A DNA stretch of 64,000 bases from Candidatus Latescibacterota bacterium. Lineage in GTDB: Bacteria; Latescibacterota; UBA2968; UBA8231. The notes below the pieces were generated by a model. It worked only from the letters and a program-made list of their open reading frames with translations, was not told the DNA's origin and did no database searches. The number at the start of each line of letters is the position of its first letter. Positions within the stretch are counted from its first letter, which is position 1. The translations under genes were made by a program, and so were the position numbers. The stretch is taken from NCBI GenBank assembly GCA_965208105.1, contig OZ242318.1:1-64000 (forward strand). The letters are read 5' to 3'. Shown piece after piece: positions 57,810-64,000 of the stretch.

Positions 57810-58994
57810 ATGGAAAATCCGACGATTACAGCCATTCTCCTTGCCGCCGGGCGGGGGCGCCGCATGGGAGCGGAGACTCCCAAGCAGTTTCTTCCCCTCG
57901 GGGGCCGTCCGCTGCTGCGGCATGCCCTGGAAGCTTTTGAACGCAGCCCGATGGTGACGGACATCGTCCTGGTACTGAGACGGGAAGACATGGAATACTG
58001 CCGCCGCTCGGTACTGGACTCACCCTCGCTGCGAAAGGTCCGCACCCTGGTTCCCGGAGGTGCGGAGCGGCACCAGTCCGTTCACGCCGGTCTGCAGGCA
58101 ACCGATCCTGAGGGCGAAATCGTCCTCGTGCACGATGCAGTGCGGCCTTTCGTCTCCGAGAACCTGCTCGCTCGGGTGGTGGACGCAGCTGTCGAACACG
58201 GGGCAGCCGTGCCTGGCATGCCGCTTCGGGAAACCATCAAGGTGGTCAGATCGGGGGCCATCGTGGAGACCCTGGACAGGGCGACGCTGCAAAACGCCCA
58301 GACGCCACAGGCGTTTCGGCGAGAGCTGTTGCTGCAAGCTTATGGCCTCGTGGACCCCAAGAGAGTGGCGACCGACGACGCCACCTTGGTGGAGCGTCTG
58401 GGACACGAGGTTCGAGTCGTGGAGGGGGAGTCCCAAAATGTAAAGATTACCACACCTCATGATCTGGAATGGGCTGAATGGTATTTGTCGCGAAAGGAGG
58501 GACGGAGAACGGCCAAGAGGCGTCTGCGCGTAGGACAGGGGTTCGATGTCCATCGTTTGGAAAAGGGGAGGAAGCTGATTCTTGGAGGGGTCCCCATCCC
58601 ATTCGAGTGTGGACTGCGGGGGCATTCGGATGCTGACGTGTTGACACATGCCATCATAGACGCCCTGCTGGGGGCGTCGGCTCGTGGCGATATCGGCAGG
58701 CTCTTTCCGGACACGGATCCCAGGTACGAGAACATATCCAGCCTGGTTTTGTTGGAAAGGGTGCGGAAGCTTCTGGACGATTTGGGAGCTGAGATCGTGA
58801 ACCTGGACGCAGTGCTCGTGGCGCAAAGTCCAAAACTGGCGCCTCACGTGGAGGAAATGGTCGAGCGTCTCGCCCGCGTGCTGCGCCTGGCGCCAGAGGA
58901 GATTTCCCTCAAGGCCACTACGACCGAGCACTTGGGGTTTGTCGGCCGGCAAGAGGGAATGGCGGCTCAGGCCGTCGCCCTGATAGAGATGTGA
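57810..58994 (+). CDS. ispDF: Bifunctional IspD/IspF
   Basis: LAAG.G.RM...PKQF, HDAVRP, QTPQAF and KIT...D, then G.GFDVH, GHSDADV..HA..DALLGA and KATTTE. Confidence 0.95.
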   Translation: MENPTITAILLAAGRGRRMGAETPKQFLPLGGRPLLRHALEAFERSPMVTDIVLVLRREDMEYCRRSVLDSPSLRKVRTLVPGGAERHQSVHAGLQATDPEGEIVLVHDAVRPFVSENLLARVVDAAVEHGAAVPGMPLRETIKVVRSGAIVETLDRATLQNAQTPQAFRRELLLQAYGLVDPKRVATDDATLVERLGHEVRVVEGESQNVKITTPHDLEWAEWYLSRKEGRRTAKRRLRVGQGFDVHRLEKGRKLILGGVPIPFECGLRGHSDADVLTHAIIDALLGASARGDIGRLFPDTDPRYENISSLVLLERVRKLLDDLGAEIVNLDAVLVAQSPKLAPHVEEMVERLARVLRLAPEEISLKATTTEHLGFVGRQEGMAAQAVALIEM

Positions 58995-59630
58995 GTGGTG
59001 GAAGAGTACCTGAACCGCTGGATAGGGGAGTTGAGTCAGTGGAATCCCCTGTGGGCATACGGAGCCTTGTTGATCAGCGCCTTCCTGGAAAATGTCATTC
59101 CACCCATTCCCGGGGATACCGTGGTCGTATTCAGCGCTTATCTCGTGGGGCGAGGCGCACTCGATCTCTGGCTCGTGTACCTGTCAACCTGCTTGGGAGG
59201 GACAGCCGGATTCTCTGTCATGTACTACCTGGGCTACAGTCATGGAAAGTCTTTTCTATCCGGCCGCCGGGGCCGCTTTTTTTCTCCTTCAAGCATTGCC
59301 AGGGCAGAGCAATGGCTTGACAGGTACGGCACTGCCCTGATCCTGGTCAACCGCTTCCTGAGCGGAATCCGGTCAGTGATCGCCATTGCCGCCGGTATCG
59401 GGGGGATGGGCTGGAAAAAGGTTGTTCTGTGCGGTCTGGTCAGCATGGGGGTCTGGAACGGGATGCTGCTATACGCCGGTGTATTGGTCGGACGCAACTG
59501 GGGGCGGATAGTCGAGTACCTGGGTTATTATAACAGATTTTTTGCTTTGCTCGCAGCGGGAATCCTGGTGTTTTTTCTCTGGCGCAGATGGCGCAAGCGA
59601 AAGACAGGCAAAGGCTTGACAATGCGGTGA
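58995..59630 (+). CDS. DedA family membrane protein
   Basis: ENVIPPIPGD and RFL.GIR...AG motifs. Confidence 0.9.
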   Translation: MVEEYLNRWIGELSQWNPLWAYGALLISAFLENVIPPIPGDTVVVFSAYLVGRGALDLWLVYLSTCLGGTAGFSVMYYLGYSHGKSFLSGRRGRFFSPSSIARAEQWLDRYGTALILVNRFLSGIRSVIAIAAGIGGMGWKKVVLCGLVSMGVWNGMLLYAGVLVGRNWGRIVEYLGYYNRFFALLAAGILVFFLWRRWRKRKTGKGLTMR

Positions 59631-59644
59631 ATTGGAATTAGCTT
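59616..59644 (+). promoter_or_regulatory. Putative sigma70 promoter of rplM-rpsI
   Basis: TTGACA-17 nt-TAGCTT, about 75 nt upstream of rplM. Confidence 0.55.
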
Positions 59645-59718
59645 TAGCCTTTTATCAATAATTTGGCGAAATACCCCGGGAAACATCCGGCCGAGGTCCC
59701 GAAAGTTGAAAGCTGCTC

Positions 59719-60153
59719 ATGAGTGATAGAACCTACATGCCCAGGAAAGTAGAAATCGAGCGTCAGTGGTTTGTCGTGGATGCCAGGGATGAGATACTTG
59801 GCCGATTGGCATCGGAGATTGCGCGTATTCTTCGTGGTAAACACAAACCCTGGTATACGCCCCATGCCGATATGGGCGACCACGTAATCGTGATCAACGC
59901 CGACAAGATCAGGGTCACCGGCCGCAAGGCCGACCAGAAAGTTTACTATCGCCACACGGGATATGCGGGGGGCATCCGTTCGACCTCGTACAGGGAGGTC
60001 ATGGATAAGCATCCAGAGCGCATTCTGCGCAAGGCAATATGGGGCATGTTGCCGCACAACCCTCTGGGACGCATGATGTTCAAGAAGCTCCGGGTCTATG
60101 CCGGGGATAAACATCCCCACGAGGCCCAAAAGCCTGCAGCATTGGAATTCTGA
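59719..60153 (+). CDS. rplM: 50S ribosomal protein L13
   Basis: W.VVDA...LGRLAS..A..LRGKHKP.YTPH.D.GD motif. Confidence 0.98.
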   Translation: MSDRTYMPRKVEIERQWFVVDARDEILGRLASEIARILRGKHKPWYTPHADMGDHVIVINADKIRVTGRKADQKVYYRHTGYAGGIRSTSYREVMDKHPERILRKAIWGMLPHNPLGRMMFKKLRVYAGDKHPHEAQKPAALEF

Positions 60154-60179
60154 ATTGATATCGAGAGGTTTCGGAACTT

Positions 60180-60569
60180 ATGGCAGAAACATTTGAGGCG
60201 ACCGGAAGAAGGAAGACCTCGGTGGCTCGCGTGCGCCTGCGTCTGGGAGCTGGAGACATCTATATCAACGGGCGAAGCGCGAATGACTACCTTCGCCGGG
60301 ATGCACTGGAGATGATACTGGTGCAACCCCTGCAGTTGACCGAGACCCGCGATCGATTTGATATTCACATCTCCACCAAGGGCGGTGGTTTGAGAGGTCA
60401 GGCCGGTGCTGCGTGCCTCGGAATTGCCCGCGCCCTAATCCAATTTGATCCCAATGTGAGAAATTCATTGAAGAATGCCGGCTTTTTGACCCGCGACCCG
60501 CGCGAAAAGGAACGCAAAAAGTATGGCCTGGCCGGCGCGCGCAAGCGCTTTCAATTCTCGAAGCGTTGA
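60180..60569 (+). CDS. rpsI: 30S ribosomal protein S9
   Basis: [10 protein letters not shown] and C-terminal [16 protein letters not shown]. Confidence 0.98.
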   Translation: MAETFEATGRRKTSVARVRLRLGAGDIYINGRSANDYLRRDALEMILVQPLQLTETRDRFDIHISTKGGGLRGQAGAACLGIARALIQFDPNVRNSLKNAGFLTRDPREKERKKYGLAGARKRFQFSKR

Positions 60570-60702
60570 TTTATACCAGGTTTTCTTATCCCACCCAATT
60601 TTCGCCAGGACCTAGGGGTATTCCCTCGGGCAATCAAGGAGGGGATTCTGCGCCTGGTTTTGGAAGGTGACGGCTTGACAATCTCATAACAGGGAATTGG
60701 CA

Positions 60703-61455
60703 ATGGTTGATTGTTCCATCCGCGATCTGCTGGAGGCTGGGACTCACTTCGGGCACCAGACCCGCAGATGGGATCCCAAGATGAAGCAGTACATCTTTAC
60801 CGAGCGCAACGGGATACACATAATCGATTTGCAAAAGACCCTCAACAGGCTGGAAGAAGCCTATCAAGCCGTGCTTGAGACCTCCCAGGCAGGGGGAACG
60901 GTTCTCTTCGTAGGTACCAAGAAACAGGCCGTCGACATCGTTCGCCAGGAGGCCGAGCGCTGTGGCATGTTCCACGTCACCGAGCGCTGGTTGGGAGGGA
61001 TGTTGACCAACTGGCAGACCATCCGACAAAGCATTCGCCACCTGGACCATCTCGATCAAATTTCCACTGACGGCACTTATGAAAAATTGAAGAAGAAGGA
61101 GGTCCTGCTCCTTGAAAAGGAGCGCGATCGACTTGGCAAGACCCTTGCAGGAATCCGGAAGATGGGAGGCCTGCCGGGGCTGGTGTTCATTGTCGACATC
61201 AGGAAGGAACATATCGCCGTGCTCGAAGCACAGAAGCTGAGGATTCCCTCGGTCGGCCTCATCGATACGAATTGCAATCCAGAAGCTGTCACCCACCCCA
61301 TTCCCGGCAACGATGATGCCCTGCGTTCCATCAGCCTGGTCGCACACCTGATGGCCGAAGCCGTTCTGGAGGGCAAGGCCAAGGCGAGCGAACGCGAGGA
61401 GGCCGAAGCCGGTGATGCTGAGGAAAAACAGGCTGAAGAGGTCAGTGCCGATTGA
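60703..61455 (+). CDS. rpsB: 30S ribosomal protein S2
   Basis: LLEAG.HFGHQ, RWLGG.LTN and IPGNDD motifs. Confidence 0.98.
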   Translation: MVDCSIRDLLEAGTHFGHQTRRWDPKMKQYIFTERNGIHIIDLQKTLNRLEEAYQAVLETSQAGGTVLFVGTKKQAVDIVRQEAERCGMFHVTERWLGGMLTNWQTIRQSIRHLDHLDQISTDGTYEKLKKKEVLLLEKERDRLGKTLAGIRKMGGLPGLVFIVDIRKEHIAVLEAQKLRIPSVGLIDTNCNPEAVTHPIPGNDDALRSISLVAHLMAEAVLEGKAKASEREEAEAGDAEEKQAEEVSAD

Positions 61456-61507
61456 TGGTTGGTGGAATAGACCTGTAGCTCTTGCAATTGATCGGAATGG
61501 AAATGAT

Positions 61508-62110
61508 ATGGGTGTGATTTCGTCAAAGTTGGTAAAGGAACTCCGGGACAAAACAGGGCTCGGAATGATGGATTGCAAAAAGGCGCTTCAGGAAACGGCC
61601 GGCGACCTTGAAAAGGCGGTCGACTACCTGCGCAAACAGGGGATGGCTGCCGTCGAGAAAAGGGCTGGGCGCGTCGCTCGAGACGGATTTATCACCTCCT
61701 ATATCCATCCCGGGAGTCGTCTTGGGGTCCTGGTTGAAATCAACTGCGAGACCGACTTTGTCGCCCGCACCGAAGATTTCCAACAGTTCGGCAAGGATGT
61801 GGCCATGCACATCGCAGCCTCTCGTCCCCTGGCGATTGGCCGGGAGGACCTGGATCCGGAACTGCTGGAGAGGGAACGCAATATTTACGAAGAAAGGGCG
61901 AAAGACGAAGGCAAACCAGACAACATTGCCGAAAAAATTGTCTCGGGACGACTCGAGAAGTACTTTCAGGATGTCTGTCTGCTCGAACAGGCATTTGTAA
62001 AAAATCCAGACCAGACAGTCCAGGACCTTCTGGTTGAGCTGACGGCCAAGATCGGCGAGAAAATAATCATCCGTCGCTTCTCCTGTTTCCGCCTTGGAGA
62101 GGAGGAGTAG
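61508..62110 (+). CDS. tsf: Elongation factor Ts (short form)
   Basis: VKELR.KTG.GMMDCKKAL and NCETDFVA motifs. Confidence 0.97.
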   Translation: MGVISSKLVKELRDKTGLGMMDCKKALQETAGDLEKAVDYLRKQGMAAVEKRAGRVARDGFITSYIHPGSRLGVLVEINCETDFVARTEDFQQFGKDVAMHIAASRPLAIGREDLDPELLERERNIYEERAKDEGKPDNIAEKIVSGRLEKYFQDVCLLEQAFVKNPDQTVQDLLVELTAKIGEKIIIRRFSCFRLGEEE

Positions 62111-62145
62111 GGAAGGACGCGGTTTCAGCAGGATGTTCGGGCCCC

Positions 62146-62706
62146 ATGATCGACGAAATCATTCAGGATGTAATTCAACACATGGAGAAGGCCGTTGAGG
62201 CCCTGCGACGGGATCTGGCCTCCATTCGGACGGGACGGGCTTCAACCGCGATGTTGTCCGCAATTCGCGTCGATTACTACGGGAGTTCCACTCCGCTCAA
62301 TCAGGTGGCAAACCTCAGCGTTCCCGAACCCCGCATGATCACCATAAAGCCTTGGGAACAGAATTTGATTCCGGTGATAGAAAAGGCAATCCGATCGGAC
62401 GGCAAGCTTGGCCTCAACCCCTCCAATGATGGGACCCTTATCCGAGTTCCCATACCCGAGTTGACGGGAGAACGCCGCCGCGAGATCAGCAAGGCAGCCC
62501 GGCAGCGAGGGGAGGAGGGCAGGGTAGCGGTGCGCCATGCCCGGCGGGAGGGGATAAGCCTCATCGAGTTGTCGAAAAAGGAAGGGGAGGTATCCGAAGA
62601 CGAGGCACGCCAGGCCCATACCCGGATTCAGAAACTCACCGACGAGCACGTAGGCCAGGTCGATACGATCGTTGAAAATAAAGAAAAGGAGATCATGGAG
62701 GTCTGA
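62146..62706 (+). CDS. frr: Ribosome recycling factor
   Basis: IRTGRA, V.YYG..TPL.QVA and KEKEIMEV motifs. Confidence 0.97.
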   Translation: MIDEIIQDVIQHMEKAVEALRRDLASIRTGRASTAMLSAIRVDYYGSSTPLNQVANLSVPEPRMITIKPWEQNLIPVIEKAIRSDGKLGLNPSNDGTLIRVPIPELTGERRREISKAARQRGEEGRVAVRHARREGISLIELSKKEGEVSEDEARQAHTRIQKLTDEHVGQVDTIVENKEKEIMEV

Positions 62707-63044
62707 GGTCTAGCGTCTCTTGGCGAACGGACGCCAGGCGGAGCGCCTGGAAAGGTTCCTGAGGCGGTTTGTCTCCTCGAAGATAAGCCGTTTTTTCGTT
62801 CTGGAGGGATTTTTCTACCTTCACAACCGGGGCGGTCGATCTACCTGGCTCGAGGCTTTGCAGGGTAGGTTCCTTGCCTCTGGTTCCCGAAAGCCGGGTT
62901 TGAACCTTCCCGCCTGATTATCACCGAAATGCGCGCCGGATATCGTTCAGATTCGAATAAGGCTCTCTCCTCCATGGCGGTCTCTTCCTTCAATTAAATC
63001 CATCCTCCCGATCAAACAGGCGTCTGGGTCCAAGGAACAAGGGA

Positions 63045-63920
63045 ATGCTATTTCACATCTTGCGATCTATGCGTCCGAGGCATTGGATCAAGAATGCCTT
63101 CGTCTTTCCAGCCCTCGTATTCTCTGGACATCTCTTCGAGCCGGATTATGCAATTCGTTGCCTTGGCGCGGCCGGGTGCTTTTGCCTCCTGAGCAGCGCA
63201 ATCTATCTATTCAACGACCTCTTCGACGCTGAGCGGGACCGTCTCCACCCGGAAAAATCGGAGCGACCCATCGCCTCCGGCCGGTTGCCTGCGCCCATAG
63301 CGGCTGCCGCGGGCGCTATGCTGCTCGCCCTGGGTCTGGTCGGTGCTTTTTTCGCCCATCCTCACTTCGGCAACGTGGGCCTCGCATACGTGGTGCTGAA
63401 TCTGGCTTACTCCTTCAAATTGAAGCAGGTGGTGATCGTCGATGTGCTGATTGTGGCTCTTGGATACCTGCTTCGGGCAATGGGGGGAGGTATGGTCCTG
63501 GAGGTAACCATTTCCACCTGGTTTATTCTTTGTTCCTTCATGCTCGCCTTGTTTCTGGCGGTGATAAAGAGAAGGCAGGAATTGGTCGGGCTGGAAGAAG
63601 GGGCAGTCGCGCATCGGATCATCCTGAAGGAATACAGCGTTTCCTTTCTGGACCAGGTCGTATCTGTGCTGACATCAGCCACACTTGTATGCTATGCTCT
63701 ATACGCCATGGGAGTGGGGGAGAGTGGGGCCGCCTATGCTCATCGGATGCAATGGACTATTCCCTTTGTACTTTATGGGTTTTTGCGATACCTGTACCTG
63801 GTTTACCAAAAGGGGAGCGGTGACAATCCTACCGCTGTTGTTTGGAAGGACCGGCCCTTGCAGATCAATCTGGTTCTGTGGATGGCGGTTAGTACAATGG
63901 GAATTTACGTGCTGCCGTAG
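63045..63920 (+). CDS. UbiA-family prenyltransferase (decaprenyl-phosphate phosphoribosyltransferase-like)
   Basis: RP..W.KN, Y.FND..D...DR.HP.K..RP.ASG and KR..EL motifs. Confidence 0.9.
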   Translation: MLFHILRSMRPRHWIKNAFVFPALVFSGHLFEPDYAIRCLGAAGCFCLLSSAIYLFNDLFDAERDRLHPEKSERPIASGRLPAPIAAAAGAMLLALGLVGAFFAHPHFGNVGLAYVVLNLAYSFKLKQVVIVDVLIVALGYLLRAMGGGMVLEVTISTWFILCSFMLALFLAVIKRRQELVGLEEGAVAHRIILKEYSVSFLDQVVSVLTSATLVCYALYAMGVGESGAAYAHRMQWTIPFVLYGFLRYLYLVYQKGSGDNPTAVVWKDRPLQINLVLWMAVSTMGIYVLP

Positions 63921-64000
63921 AGGGAGGACGTGGTGCCCGACCCGGGGTCAATGGGCTCCAATCAAAGGGATGCCCGTCGCCTGGGAGGTTGCCAAGGTGA

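Noticed and set aside
62707-63044. 338-nt gap with short ORFs on both strands
   Set aside because: No recognisable protein motif or RNA family; a gene or pseudogene call cannot be supported.
63930-64000. Possible gene start after a GGAGG RBS at the window end
   Set aside because: Only about 70 nt are available, so no product can be supported.

Overview
GC-rich bacterial chromosomal window, mostly housekeeping and metabolic genes. A C-terminal 'YPNPFN' sorting-type domain and an NTP_transf_4-type GlmU-like gene suggest an FCB-associated lineage such as Latescibacterota or Gemmatimonadota (inference only). In order: partial DapA/NanA-family lyase, lysC, an MgtE/CBS/MscS cluster, udk, a cobalamin-riboswitch-led 9-gene B12 uptake and salvage cluster (btuB, secreted beta-propeller, PduO-type ATR, ABC transporter, cbiZ, cbiB, second binding protein), tRNA-Glu(CTC), assorted enzymes (eukaryote-type HisA, tandem DmpA-like peptidases, atypical sulfatase, S1/P1-like nuclease), dCMP deaminase-glmS-glmU-like, glnA, hrcA-grpE-dnaJ-mrp-prmA-rsmE-aroQ, an RNase HII-YraN fusion, pyrC, fused ECF ATPases, queA-ispDF-dedA and rplM-rpsI-rpsB-tsf-frr. 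I saw no integrase, transposase, CRISPR array or prophage. The most striking non-genic signal is a ~165-bp MITE-like structured element present twice. Each copy overlaps and completes the TAG stop codon of a minus-strand gene (lysC and glnA), with a conserved, covarying hairpin core and terminal inverted repeats that differ between copies. All product calls come from motif recognition by eye, not database searches, and start codons are best estimates.
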